DNA from: Octopus vulgaris
Taxonomy: Eukaryota
Assembly: GCA_951406725.2 (NCBI GenBank)
Contig: OX597814.1
Coordinates: forward strand, 89,466,001-89,530,000
Length of the DNA: 64,000 nucleotides
Direction of reading: 5' to 3'
Made by a program: the position numbers and the translations under genes. Positions 26,426 through 40,387 of the stretch are shown here, piece by piece (within the stretch, counting starts at the first letter, position 1; every line of letters begins with the position of its first letter). The notes under the pieces were generated by a model. It did not search any database, was not told the DNA's origin, and worked only from the letters and a program-made list of their open reading frames with translations.

Positions 26426-27794
26426 GCTTTTATTTCCTTCTATGAATCAGTGATCCATTCACAGATCAGATATAGTGACGACAACTTGTGTATTGTTTCG
26501 TTTCGAGTATAATTTTTTTTTACATCATGTACTCAGTTATTTCCTTTAGTTCTCATCATTTCCTTAAACGGTTTATTGATATCAACATCTTAAGGCTACA
26601 AAACCCTTGGAATTTCACAAAAAATTACCCATATATCTGTGTTTTGTAAACGGTCATTATCAGTAACACTCACCACGAAATGTTATCCCCATAAAAAAAA
26701 ATCCCCTACGAAAAGAGTCTTTTGATTCTGTGGTCCACCTGACTTTAATTAAAAAATTTCTTTTGTTCATTTTCTAAATGAACCTTCATCTATCCAGTTT
26801 GTGGTTGTGCATGTACAACAATCCACTTCTGAAATTTCTTATATGGCATAAGTTTCCATAAGTAATCATAGATGCGTTAACCAAGTAGAGAAATCGCATG
26901 TACAAGAAGTAAATATATTGTAAATACACAAACAATAAGCGAACGTGCATTGCAGGTTCCATCTATCGAGAACGTATCTTCAGGCTACAGCACTCACGGT
27001 TTTTTGTGCATCATATTGAAAAAAAAAAACCCTAATAAAAGAAGGAATTTTTTAGAATGCTATTTTTAGTCTCTGGAAATTCTTACTGTGAACGCTCCCT
27101 TAAAATACTGGTAGTACTTATTCTAATCATCCTCGAAAAAAAAAAAAAAAATGAAAAGCAAACGTTCACCTTGGCCAATTTCGATCTCAGGACATAGAGG
27201 TGTTGGAAATAAATACTGAAATATACGCAGTTAAATGTTTTACTCATTCAGCTACAGCGGCGACTTTTCTTTATATGAGAAAGCAATATTTTCTTTCTTT
27301 CAAGCAGAAATTAAATTGTGTAATCTTCACAGCATTCGTAATAAGAGAAAACGATCAATCAGTACGGAATTACTACAGCTTGGAATCGAAACGCGATCGC
27401 AGGCTTGCTATGAGCTTACACTTGCTCTACGTTGTTCTTGGGAAGTATTGATTTCTAACATTAATAAAAATATTGATTTCTTACAAGCTCTTACAAAAAT
27501 ATTACTGACAGCATCTTGGGTTTTTTTCTTTTCTTGTTCTCTTTCCTTTTCACTTCTATTTTTCTTTCGCTCCTTTCTCCCCCCCCCCCCCCCGCCACCA
27601 ACATTCACTTTCTTTCTTCATTCAGTCGTTCGTTCATTCATTCATGCATTCATTTCTTTTATCTCTTTTCTTTTGGTTGCTCATCCCCAACATTCTTTTC
27701 TTTCTGTTTTGTACCCCCTTTTCTTCACTCTTTCTTTTACTATATTTAGGAAGATTTCATCAACACATAGAGTAAATAGGAAAATAACGGTCAA

Positions 27795-27831
<37 letters not shown>

Positions 27832-28624
27832 TAATAACAACAACAACAAAATAATACATGAAAATCAAAGAAAGCTCCCTCAAAATACTCGAATCATATC
27901 TAATCAATGATTTGACATAACGCTAGTTTCATTTTTTAACCCTTTCAATATCGTTAGCTTAATAATAATTGAGAATTTATTCAATTTTCTTCAATAATCT
28001 TCTTTTCAATTTGAATCATTATATTACTTCAATTGCTCGTTTTCTAGACTAGTTTCTTTTCATTGATACTAACGGCTTTATTTACATACTTGCAGGCGGA
28101 GAGAAATGGGATGCTGTGACATTCGTCCCATAATTCATTTTGGTATTTTTTTAATAATAGATACTTTTAAATGGAACTATATCGTTAGTAAGGACTTTAA
28201 TTTTCCACAAGGTCATTATATGCTTTACGCAGGAGAAAAAGAATATTATGACAACTCACTCTCAAGGAAATTAGCGACATAAGTGAAACTGCAAGGATTC
28301 GACCGAGATTCGAAACTACATCACTGAAACGACTACTAGGAGATTACTTATTGTGTTAAGGCACTCGCCATGAAATCTGTTTCTTTTAGTCTAGGTTCAA
28401 AGGCCGTATGTTTTAGGAAGGGTAGAAAAAAAATTAAACGATTGGATAATGTTCATGACTTTCTTATTGTAATTAGAATCTTTAGTGGCGTTTCCCCAGC
28501 CCGTCTCTACTTAGTGGGAACTTGTCTTTCGAGGTAAGTTGCTCAATATAATACTGATTTCGTAAATGCTAATTTTCGTAGGTATATTCGAGTGAATTAT
28601 CAGTCGTATATTATTTATTTAGAG

Positions 28625-28966
28625 CAGGTTTTCCCAAAGTGAGTAATACTGCTCACACAGGGGCAGTGGAACGATTCAGAGGGACGTAGAAAGAGGCGAT
28701 GGATATAACCCCTCTCCACCAAATAATGGATTGTCTTTGATCATTAATTTACTCAATCAGGGCTGACCTGGGGTAAAACAGCATCAACACAAATAGTTAG
28801 AATTGACAAAAGCCATGAAAACGACAGAAATACAGTCGTAGTGAATTTACTGCAGAAAGTGGCCTATGTTTATGGTGGTGAGTTGGGGGAGGGGGAGAAG
28901 CTCTCGATATTTGGCCCAGGTGCCAAGGGGTTGGGGCAGCAGCTTGAAAAAGTATAGGAACCACTG
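28625..28966. mobile_element. Decayed hAT-type MITE
   Basis: Ends CAGGTTTTCCCAAA and TATAGGAACCACTG; flanks ATTTAGAG/ATATAAAG resemble an 8 bp duplication. Confidence 0.5.
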
Positions 28967-29169
28967 ATATAAAGGTTGAACGTTCAAGTAGGTAAGATAC
29001 GGAAATGCGTATATGTAGGTCGCAATTTGAAGGCTCTAGTTGATGTGTACATAATAATAATTGCTTTTTTTAAAGAAAATAAATCGTTGTAACGGTATGA
29101 CCGGAAGAACATAAAGCTATAAATTATACTATGTAGAATACTGGGTTAAAAAAGCTAATATTCTACATT

Positions 29170-29725
29170 TATAGCTTTATCTCCTTCAAGTCCAACTATT
29201 AAAATTAATTTTTTGTAACTAAAATATACACCGCCGGAAGTTGTTGTTGACAAACAACAGCAGTAATTTTATTCAGCTGAATACACGTCATTGATTGGTT
29301 GAAATTACCTATTTCTTTACTACCCACAAGGGGCTAAACACAGAGGGGGACAAACAAGGACAGACATAGGTATTAAGTCGATTACATCGAGCCCAGTGTG
29401 TAACTGGTACTTAATTTATCGACCCCGAAAGGATGAAAGGTAAAGTCGACCTCGGCGGAATTTGAACTCACAACGTAACGCAGACGAAATACCGCTAAGC
29501 ATTTCGCCCGGCATTTCTGCCAGCTCGCCGCCTGGTTGAAATTACCGAAATACGATAACTTTAACACGAAATAACTTTGAAAATACAAACTTTTCTCAAC
29601 AACACTAAGAGTAAAAGATGTTTTATGTGACACATTCTACCAGTGTCCGAAGTTTGAAAGTGTTTAGTTACAAAAAATTAATTTCTCGATCCGCCGTTCA
29701 AAGAAAGGGTAAAGATCCATTTTTT
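29170..29725. mobile_element. Non-autonomous DNA-transposon-like element interrupted by a SINE
   Basis: 22 bp perfect inverted repeat AAATTAATTTTTTGTAACTAAA (29202-29223 / 29663-29684). Confidence 0.55.
29310..29532 (-). mobile_element. SINE family A with target-site duplication
   Basis: Flanked by TGGTTGAAATTACC on both sides. Confidence 0.9.
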
Positions 29726-31099
29726 CTATTAAAATTTTACTTCTATTGTTGCTGTTTCTTTGGGTTTTGGGATAACTCTTTATTATATATTGACTAAACT
29801 AGCTAGATGATCAAACTCTAGATAATCTGGTAATGTAATATAATATGATATAATATAATATATATATTTTAAAATGGAGCTGTCATCTCTTTTGGGGAAA
29901 ATTACTTCTCATCTTTCAATGGCACAAAACTAGAATTCAGAACCAACATTTAACTTATTGCTTGTCCCGTGTACCACATGTGATACACAGGACATATCTC
30001 CCTGACGCTCATGCGTCATATATGATACACAATCCCAATTTTTTCCAACCGCAAGGGTAATGTGGGACTAATGAAAGGGAAGTTTTGAATTACTCAACGT
30101 ATAAAACAAGGGTTAATTAAAAGTCTAAAGTCAAGCATTGATGTTCAGGACAAGCTTATGAAAATGCTTTGGACAGGCAAAGGTTTTAAAGCCTCCGGAC
30201 ATTTTAGAATGAATTTATATTTACATATTTTTTCAATCATTTTCTATCGACGATGTTGTTTCTAGTGCCATTTGAATTCGGGACCTAGAATTACGAAGGT
30301 AAACGTTTTAATGTACAATATTATATATGTCGTTTTCATGGCTTTGTCAATTTTAACTATTTGTGTTGATGCTGTTTTACTCCATGAGAGAGAAAGTGGG
30401 AAAGAGAGAAAAATAGGGTCGAGAAGAAATTTGGCTGTTATTTCTCACGACTCTTTCGTTGAACGCATTTCCATCGCTGTGAGTGCCGTATGTTAAGTAA
30501 TATTCTTGCATATTGTCAAAGAAGTTAGCAAGGCTTTTCTTCACACATTTCCTTAATGTAATTTTCACTTCCACATTACATTTGAAAAATATAGAATCAT
30601 TTTGTAAATTGATTATTCTATTTTTTTGTTGTTTATATCGCATTAGGTGAAGAAAAGGGTCGTTGGTGACAGATTTCCAATGAGTCAATCACTGGCTTAT
30701 TTAATTTCTGACGGCGAGATTGTCAAAAACTGTCGAAAGAGATACCACACAGGGTATTGGTTTGTCGTTTCCTTCAGTCCTTTTCATTGGGTCTTTCGTG
30801 GGTTGTGTGTCTTACACTGCTAATGCTTTTCTTCGTCTATGATTTTATCTTTCGTCAAAAGCAAACACACACACACACACACACACGCAAATTTCTTTTT
30901 TGTATGTTTCAAAAGATTTTTCAGGTGAAATAGTACGGTGCTGGTTATATTTTTCGGAGGTTCCTTCTTCCAAAGAAGTCATTTGCACAGGATATTCACT
31001 TTTTGAATCATTTATTGGTTGATTTATCAATATCTTTCGTCCCACATCTGTAGCCTTTCTAATTATTTCTCTATAACAATCTTTTTAATTGAGTGTCTC

Positions 31100-31490
31100 G
31101 TGTGTGTGTGTGTGGAGTGAGTTTGTCATCTCATCGATTGACAACCGGTGTTGCATTGCTAGCGGTTCGGCGATAGAATAAGTATCGGACTAAAAAATAA
31201 ATAAGTCATAGGGTCAACTTGTTCGACTAAAACCCTTTACATGGTGCCCTAGTACGGCCGTAGTTCAGTGATTGAAACAAGTAAAAGAAAACAAAGAAAC
31301 AGATGTGGTTGTGAGAAGGTGCAGACGTAGCTGTGTGTTAAGAAGCTTGCTTCCCAACCACATAGTTCTGGGTTCAGTCTCACAGCGTGTGATCTTGGAC
31401 AAGAGTCTTCTACAATAGCTTCGGGCCAACCAAAGCCTTGTGAGTGGATTTGATAGACGGAAACTGAAAGAAGCCCATCGTATATATATA
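31100..31490 (+). mobile_element. SINE family B fragments (a 3' half, then a 5' half)
   Basis: Matches to 25135-25530. Confidence 0.75.
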
Positions 31491-31565
31491 TGAAACAAAT
31501 TTGTCATGATATTTGGATTTTTTATCGTTAAAGAAAGATTCATCTAAATATTTCTCTGTCATTTA

Positions 31566-31607
<42 letters not shown>

Positions 31608-31608
<1 letters not shown>

Positions 31609-32470
31609 TAGACTACCCGTGATCCGTTGGGCTACCAGGAAAGTCTGAGTTTCTCAGCAACGGAGTTTTGTTTCGTAGTTTTTTTCCTTTCCAGTTTATT
31701 TCGCATGCTTTCAACGAATGTGACATCGAAGTCACGCGTAAACGGCTTCTTTCTCCTGAAAAGAAAAGATTTGGCCGCTATATCTTGCACGCCCTGCTAT
31801 CACGCAACATGTATTTCATTTCCTTTATCGCAAATAGCTGTTACGTTTTAGCAGGGCCTGCTAGAAATAGCAGCCAAATCTTTGGAGGTGAGATACGTTG
31901 AATGCCCTAAAAAAAACCTATGGAAAAAATTATTTCACACCGAGGTTACGAACGGGTCTTTTATAAAATATTTACCGTATTTTAAAGTCATTTTCACTTT
32001 GAAATATGTTTTAAATATGCCAAAAAAATTTTTGTAGTGGTATTCACTTGAAAATAATTTAAAGAAACATGAAAGCTAACTTATTGTACAAACAACTTAT
32101 ATTTTTGGAATCTCATTCACTTAAAAATATTTCTAAATAATAAAAATATTGTTTAACAAATGCGAAAATAGAAACATTTACTATAAAAAACAAATCGTGT
32201 GATTTCATTGTCAAGTCACTGTGTCTAATCGAAGGGTTAGAGTTTCATCCTTTTCAGGATGAAATTATATTCGAAATATTTTCCCATTATGCACCGTTTT
32301 AGGTATTTATACCCTCCGATCCCGAATATCTCAATAACTACTGGTCCGATTGACGCGAAAACTTGTTTTATTCCGTTTGTATTAATATTTCAGGGGCAAC
32401 TTAATTCATAGTATTTTTCCATTGGCTGAGTAACATTGCAAGCAAGCAAGATTGAATTTTACTTTTATTA

Positions 32471-32474
<4 letters not shown>
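31608..32474 (-). mobile_element. Non-autonomous Helitron-like element
   Basis: Minus strand begins TATACTAATAAAAG and ends with hairpin GCCCAACGGATCACGGGT then AGT-CTAG-T, the Helitron 3' signature. Embedded in TA repeats. Confidence 0.55.
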
Positions 32475-32499
<25 letters not shown>

Positions 32500-32510
<11 letters not shown>

Positions 32511-32702
32511 GTGTGTGTGCGTGTTTTTGTGTCTATGCTTCTCCCCCACCGATTGACAACCGGTGTTGGTGTGTTTATGTTCGGCAAGAGAGATAGAATA
32601 AGTACCAGGCTTTAAAAAGTCCTGGGGTCGATTCATTCGACTAAAAATTTTTCAAGGTAGGTGCCCAGTATGGCCGTGGTCAAAATGACTGAAGCAAGTA
32701 TA
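32500..32702 (+). mobile_element. SINE family B, 3' half
   Basis: TTGACAACCGGTGTTGGTGTGTTTA...GATAGAATAAGTACCAGGC. Confidence 0.75.
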
Positions 32703-32923
32703 TGGTAAAAAATAAGTCAATTTAGTCCTCAGCATCATTTGAACCGAGAACCTAGAGAAACGTGGCTCAGCAGTAAACTATGAGCTGACACTTTACAGTC
32801 TTAAATTAATGTAAAAATATTCAGAAAATACGATTTTTTCTATGTAATGTTTATTTATTTATTTAAAAAAATTTAAAATTTTACTTCAGCGTTTCACAGA
32901 ACAAGCTGCTCACAACTCCTGTT

Positions 32924-32955
<32 letters not shown>

Positions 32956-35349
32956 TTTCACTTTCCCTCCTCTCTCTCTGACTCACGCAAACATTACCAG
33001 CGCACATATACTAGAAGCATATACATACACATACGTATGGACAAATGACTCCTCTTTACAAACGATGATGATACTAAGAGTTAGAAACGAAGAAATATAT
33101 TGAAAAGTAGGAATTTAATTAGTTTTCTGAAAACAGAAAAAAAAAAAAGAAAAAAGGACTAAAAAAAAAATTAAGAAAATACAACAAAAAAAATAAAGAT
33201 TTTGAATTCTGATATTGCAAAATGTTGATTCCATGTTAGAATTAGTTAACTAATGCAAATTGTAAACAATGTTCTCGTTCTTTTTTTTTTCATTAGCCTT
33301 TCTTCGTTTTTATTGTTAATCATTTTTTTTATTTAACTTTTATAGATTTCTTTAAAGGGAATCTACAATTTAAAACAGAAGTATTAGACGTTGTTATTGA
33401 AATCCAAATCTAAATTAATATTGATAGCATAAAAAAAAAACAAAAACAAAGAAAACCAAAAATAGCAAAAACGTCCCAAAACATAAAAAAGCAAAAATTT
33501 AACAAACACTTTTATCATCATCATCATCATAGTCACCATTATCATCATCACCCCCACAACCCCCTCCCCCCACCACCACAATTACCATCGTAACCATGGT
33601 TATCACCATCGTCGTCATCCATCATTATTATTATTACGTCATCATCATCATCATCATTATCATCTTCACTGTTCTCATCGTTTGCCTCACCAGCAATATC
33701 ATCATAAATGTCAACATCAATCAGCATTATCTTCCTCAACGTCGTCGTCGTCATCATCATCATCATCATCATCATCAACAACATCAACATCGTCGGTATC
33801 GCTTTTGAAGATTTTTTGTTCACACATACACACACACACACAAACATTTACATGCGCACTCTTCTGCGTGCGCATACACATACGAACACATCTACACATA
33901 TTCACACATATACGCGTACAGAACTGTATAAAACAACTTTTCAAACATTATTAAATTTTATTTCCTTTTTGATGTATTATTTTTTTTCACGTTATTGTTT
34001 TTGGTAATGTCTTAATTCCTGGTATTTGGCCTTGTAGTTAATAAACAAATCATTATTATTATCATTAACATCACCATCACCATTCTTCTTGTTCTTGTCG
34101 TTGTTCTTCTTCTTACTACTACTGTTATTATTATTAATGTTATTTTACTTTTAATTATGATAATGGTTTCTTTTATTGTTACAAAGGCGACATATGTGAG
34201 GCACTTACAAGGACAGATTAAAATACGGTAAGGTTTCACAATGTCATAGGAGAAAAAATTGAGAACAAACAGATGAATAAATAATATGAAATATATCGTA
34301 TATGTACCTCAACGTACGGAACCATAATCTGGAATCAATTGGGGAACTCTACAGAAACCACGAGCTACAGAAACCATAGATATGTGTCCTCTCGCAAAAT
34401 CTCGCTTATGACCTACCAGCGTGTATTAAGTGCAGACCCATTTTCTTGCCACCCCAACCTACCTCTAAGCAAATTTACTGAATGGCAACACTTCCTTATC
34501 TCCTATCTGGTTTTCCTCTTGAATTAGTATTTGAAAATGTCGATGTGGGCTTGGACGAAGAAGAAAAGACTTGTTCCAGTTCTCAGTCCATACTATATCT
34601 CTTGCATTATAGCCATAGGATAGAGAAAAAATGCCTACTCATCCTCGATAAAGTTTGTCAGCGGGACGTTCTTAACGTCAGATTCAGATAATAGCCAAAT
34701 TCTTCCTACACGGAACAAATGTTGCTCGATATAACTTCGTTGGTTAGCAATGTTCTCCCGCTAAAAACATGTACAAAGAATATTTTCTTCTCTCCCTGCG
34801 CATTTCAGAAAGGCTCGATGATAGTAGTACTGTATCCCTATGGTTTATAACGAACCAGAAATGGCCTCCCCACCAGTAGTCCTTGGCCTCGTTTACTGAA
34901 GACTGACTATGGGCCTGCGCTTTGAAAGTTCTTCTTTGAGGCGCAAGCCCAGACAAAATATTTTGTGAAAGATTAACAAGTTGCCCATGCATGCAAGATA
35001 ACCATTTTCCATGACATCGATCATGTGCAAGGAAAGACAAAAACCAAGACACCTTGACACCAGTGTTGTAGGTGTTGTCAGAACGCAAAGGGCTAGAATG
35101 GATATCGCAAGTACCTCCACCGGTCGATGACATTTGGTTGCTGGATTTTATATAGATCCAGAAAGAATGAAAGGCAAAGTTGACTTCGGCGGAATCTGAA
35201 CAAAACTACTAATTCAACCACTTACTCTCTCGGCAACTTTTTAGATGTCTCTGTTCTTTAATTGCCACGGCAGACTCTACTCTTCAGTAACCTCGGTACG
35301 TTATATTCTCATTACAGATGGGGGTTGACTGTAGCTGGGGTCTTACGTT

Positions 35350-35750
35350 CAAACCTGATCAGGAGATGATAAAAATATTTTACTGATATATAGTTTTACT
35401 CTATGATTTTTGAAAAATCTTACAAGATAGCCACCAATATGCTTTAGTCAACTTCTGCAGGTACATCCTTTAGTGTCAGCTTAGTAAAGTGCTGCTGGAT
35501 GCTAGTAGGAATCAGATCCTCGCTGTCCATCATCATTGGGGCACAAAAATCACCACCAGCATGTTATAAAGTTACCCCCTTATTATGCTTTATGATATCG
35601 CACGTTTCTTTGAGTTATTTTCATGCTTGGTCTAGCGTCAGGCTTCGCAGCCTTTTCATTTTCCAGTTAATGCACTCGCTTGTGATGTTTTTCTCTGTGC
35701 TTTCCGTATGGTAACCACAACAAGGAATGCTCAAGTGAAGAATTTGCAAA
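35350..35750 (-). mobile_element. Decayed LINE ORF1-like fragment
   Basis: Minus-strand peptide LIPTSIQQHFTKLTLKDVPAEVD*SILVAIL; weak resemblance only. Confidence 0.3.
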
Positions 35751-36179
35751 TATTGCGAAAAAATGTTTTGTTATTGTTGGTGTTGTTGCTGTTGTTGCTG
35801 TTATTATTTAATTTTTATTAGTGTTTACATGTTGTGATTGCCGCAATAGTGATACTGGTTCTAGCAATTCTGTTTTTAAAATGTATTTTCAAAAGTTTTG
35901 TTAAACGAATTCATCCCGACTAGCTTCGCAACATGAGAAATATAACACTGAGGAGACGAAAAATTCGAAATTGGACATAGTCAACAAAAAATAAAAGCAA
36001 ACTCACAGACCGATGGAAACCGAAGCATCTCTCCGGAAGCAATAATAGTCATGACGATAACAAAAACAACACAGGGGCAGTAACAACCGTTACAATAACA
36101 ATAACAGTCTATTAAAGCGTTAACGATATGTGGTGTAAATCGTGCCACCTTGTGGAAAGGGTATGATAAAAGTGTGCAT

Positions 36180-36235
<56 letters not shown>

Positions 36236-36409
36236 TTCAAAAGTATGCTATTGGCACGTGTCCGCATAAATACTCACTCAAAAGAACGCTCTTTGCGTGC
36301 ATACACACACACTGTGATGATAATTAACTATGTTTGTGTGAGAGTGTATGAGTGTGTGTATATGTGGGCACGCCATTAACGTTCGTATGTGTGTGAGTGA
36401 GTGGTGGTT

Positions 36410-37990
36410 GTCTACTCCTTCTGCAGAGTCTGACCACCTCTTGTACCTGCACCTTAGATTCATCATGGTGTCTGATGTAGCTTTTTAAACCAAACAATGT
36501 GTCAAAAAGACACCTACATAGATTGCTTATCTGATTTAGACCACCAAGAGCTGCAGTTAAGTTCTGATCTTTGTGGATCTTAAAATGTCTTTTGCGGCTT
36601 CCGTTAGAATTGCAGACCTTATGAAATATACGGCATTGAAAGGTGTGCAGATATATAGGCAAAGCAGTTGGTAGAGTTTCGTTTTTCATGAGTCCTCAAA
36701 TGAGATTTGAGCTCAGCAAAAGAAAGGCATAGTCTGTCACAAGGTGTGCACACAAAATGGTTACTGAGATTCACTTTCTCGATCGCAAAATTCTTCTTTA
36801 ATTTCTCCTGAGTCTTGCATGTGCTACCTTGGCCTCCTCAAATGCTTTCACTCCACTCCACACTTTTGTTCGCCATCCAGCTCGATCCGAAGCAAGGGTT
36901 TCTATGGCCTTTGGATCTATTCCAAGTGACTTCATGGTAGTCCTTACGCCGTCTTTAAACTGCTTTTTAGGTTTACACTGATTGCGTTTCCCCTCTGCAA
37001 GTTCACCATGGGTGTGAGTTCATCCGCCATTCGAACAATATGGCCAGACTATTTGATTCTTCAGAATCATTGATTTAATTGAAGTGATGCCTGCAGACGC
37101 AATGATATCTGTGTCTGGAGTGAAAAAGCTCCTTTTACTGTTTAAAATGCGATGAGGGCATTTTTGGTGGAATCGTTCTAACAATTTGAAATGTCTTTCA
37201 TAACACGTCCATGTTTCAGAAAAACACAATAGGGATGGTAAGGCAAACGATTTCTAAAGAGCCAATTTTGTGTTGCGTGACTCCAAACCACCAAATGCTT
37301 GTGCTGCCCTTTGAATTCGTAGATGTATTTCTGTGTCCAGATTTCAATGATTTTGTACAGAGCTTCCAAGGTAAATGAAAGAGTCAACAACTTCAAGTAA
37401 CTTACCCTTAATGAACATTTTAGTGGGGTTGCAAGCAGCACCACGTGCAGATTGAAACATTACAACTGTTTTTCTTCAAGTTGACGGTCAAGCGAAAATC
37501 ATCACAAGTGGTGCCAAATGCAGATATAAGAGATTGTAGGCCCGTTTCGGAGTGACTGACTAGATTGCAATAATCAGCGTATAAGAGTTCCCTAATGAGC
37601 GAAGTAAAAACCTTTGTTTTGAATTTTAGATTAAAAACATTCCCTGTTTTTCGCTATTTTATGTAAATACCCTCTCCGAAGTTTTGAAAAGCGTGTGACA
37701 GCACAATAGCAAAGTATATTGCAAAGAGGGTTGTTGCATCAAGGTCTCCTTGCTTTACTCTATTTTACACGGCAAAAGATTCAGAGAGCCTACCACCAAA
37801 ATGAACTCTATCCTTCATATCTTGATGTAAAGCCTTGATCATGTTCATAATTTTTCTGGGCGGCCTATATTCCTTAGAATTAGCCATGGAGCACTTCGAT
37901 TAACTGTATCGAATACCTTGCTTAAATTAACAAAGCAAGGGTTTAGGGCAAGATTCTGTTCAATGCACTTTTCTTGCAATTGTAAGCGAG
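36410..37990 (-). mobile_element. RTE-clade LINE, 5'-truncated and decayed
   Basis: RT motifs FVNLSKVFDTVN and VKQGDL, LERFHQKCPHRIL, C-terminal C2H2-like CRCLFDTLFGLKSYIRHH. Confidence 0.88.
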
Positions 37991-38919
37991 TATGTGTATG
38001 TGTATACGTGCTATTAACGTTTGTTTGACGTTGTCTTTCTCTCGCACTGTTTACCTGCCGATTAGATAGATGCGTCTCAGAATAAATTATTGTCGTGAAG
38101 ATTAAACATCGATCTATCTATTTTATTATCAGCTAGCTTAAAAGTCGCACTCCGCGCGAACTTTTAAATCAGCTCCTGAGGAGGGCTAATTGGGCCTGCA
38201 ACCCAAAACTAAAGAGAGTTAAACGTCTATAATGATTATATGCCCCGGTGGTGTTTGATCAGAGGTTAAGGAATTCTGTAATGCAATCATTCTATTGTTC
38301 CAGTCCCAAGTTGAATTCCAACTACTGGCTAATTTGTCCCAAAGTTCTTATCTCGACGGAAAATTAACGAAGCGAATGTCCTTTATCTTCTCCTTGATCT
38401 CTGACGTCATCTGACAAACGCCAACGAGGATGGCGTGAATCAGTCAAGCTTTACCTGCTAGTAACAGCAACCCAAATGCTTTTACATCAGATCCCAATGC
38501 TGGATGTTCAAGAACTAAATGAAGGGTAAATTTTCAACCCAAAGCTCATCCTGATTCCAAAAAGGTATAATATATCTATGTAGAGAAAATGTAGACTGAG
38601 ATTCAGAGGTCCCAGACGGACAGACAGAATTTCGCTTTTATTATTATAGATATACCAAGTGCCATGTTCCTAACATTCTTCTTAAAATTATGCATCGGTA
38701 TATACGAATACGAGTGTTACCAGCTGTATAATAAATAAAGCGTGCCTTAAATTATTTTATAACCGAAATGATGTTTGGTATGTTACAATCGATGATGATA
38801 ATAGAGTACAACAGCAAGAATGGAATCGAGAGAAGCAGTGAAATTATAGAGAAAGGGTGAAGAGGAGAAATATGAATTAGGAATAAAAAGAAGACAATCA
38901 GGAATGCCGAGAAATATTG

Positions 38920-39243
38920 GTACTCCGTCGGTTACGACGACGAGGGTTCCAGTTGATCCGACCAACAGAACAGCCTGCTTGTGAAATTAATGTGCCAGTG
39001 GATGATCACTTCATAGACACGTATACCCTTAACGTAGTTCTCGGGGAGATTCAGCGTGACACAGTGCGCGACAAGGCTGGCCCTTTGACATACAGGTACG
39101 ACTTAATTTTGTCTGCTGAGTGGACTGGAGCACCTTAAAATAAAGTGACTCTTGCTCAAGGAGACAACGCGTCGCTGGGAATTGAATTCACGACCTTGCA
39201 ATCGTGAGCCAAATGCCCTAACCACAAAGCCACGCGCCTTCAC
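38920..39243 (-). mobile_element. SINE family C-related copy
   Basis: Tail is the reverse complement of 12100-12269; tRNA-like head at ~39170-39243. Confidence 0.8.
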
Positions 39244-40171
39244 AGACGAGAAGCATTAACTCAGGAAGAAGGGAATAAAATTAATAGATGAACTGGTGCT
39301 AGAATGTGTTATGTGATAAACAACAAAGCTCAAGCTAATAGAGAAAAGAATGTTAATCAAGAAAGAAGACGGCATATGAGCGAGGATGGTAAGCAAGAAT
39401 ATTTTACACAAGTCAGAATAAGAAAACAGAATACAAGAGAAAATATGACTGAAGAGAATAGACAAGACTTGCTAGATCTTAACCGAAGGATTGTGAATGA
39501 AATGACAAGATTCTATTCCTGAGTGGGGAGATGTTTATGACTGACACTGTTCTACAAAATGGGCAGTGAAATTTCTCTATATTATTACGCGAAGACCAAA
39601 TGTGTGACGCGCTCATGTTGCTTGTTGAAGGGAGAGGAGAAACGTATTGATGGCGAGGGCCAGGAGAAAGGGATTACTATTATATCATGTGATTAAATAG
39701 TCAGTTCAAAGGAAGAGCGAGAGAGAGAGAGAGGGAGAGAGAGGGAGAGCGAGCGAGCGGGAGAGAGTGTGTTTGACGCTGGGAATGGGGTGAGATAGAA
39801 ATAGAGTGAGAGTGTGTGAGTGTGTGAGTGTGTGTGTGTGTGTGAGTGTGTGTGTGTGTACGTTTACTTTGTGGCTATGTAGATACATCGACGGATAGAA
39901 GATAGAAAGATGGATGACTAGATATATCGATAGATTGTTAAAGTGAAATAACCTTAGCAGAGAGCTGTAGCCATACTAAAGTAACGTCATTATTCAGTTT
40001 TTTTTTTTTGCTATCAGGTTTAAATGCTTCTCCGTATTGTCAGAATAGACAGATACATTCATCGACAGAAAGAAAAGTAGATATGATAAATAGATAGGTC
40101 AGTTGGTTGGTGGAAAAGTAAGCAGGTCTACAGATATACCAATTGATATACTGACATACAGACAGATATAT

Positions 40172-40387
40172 TCTTTTCTACTCTAGGCACAAGGCCTGAA
40201 ATTTTTGGGGAGGGGGTCAGTCGATTAGATCGACTCCAGTAGGCAACTGGTACTTAGTTTATCGACCCCGGAAGGTTGAAAGGCAAAGTCAACCTCGGCG
40301 GAATTTGAACTCAGAACGTAGAGACAGACGAAATGCTGCTAAGCATTTTTGCCCTGCGTGCTAACGATTCTACCAGCTCGCCGCCTT
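40172..40387 (-). mobile_element. SINE family A (tail 2) with target-site duplication
   Basis: Flanked by ACAGACAGATATATT. Confidence 0.9.

Noticed and set aside
28095-28132. Possible terminal exon GEKWDAVTFVP* after TTGCAG
   Set aside because: Too short, with no homology or partner exon to support it.
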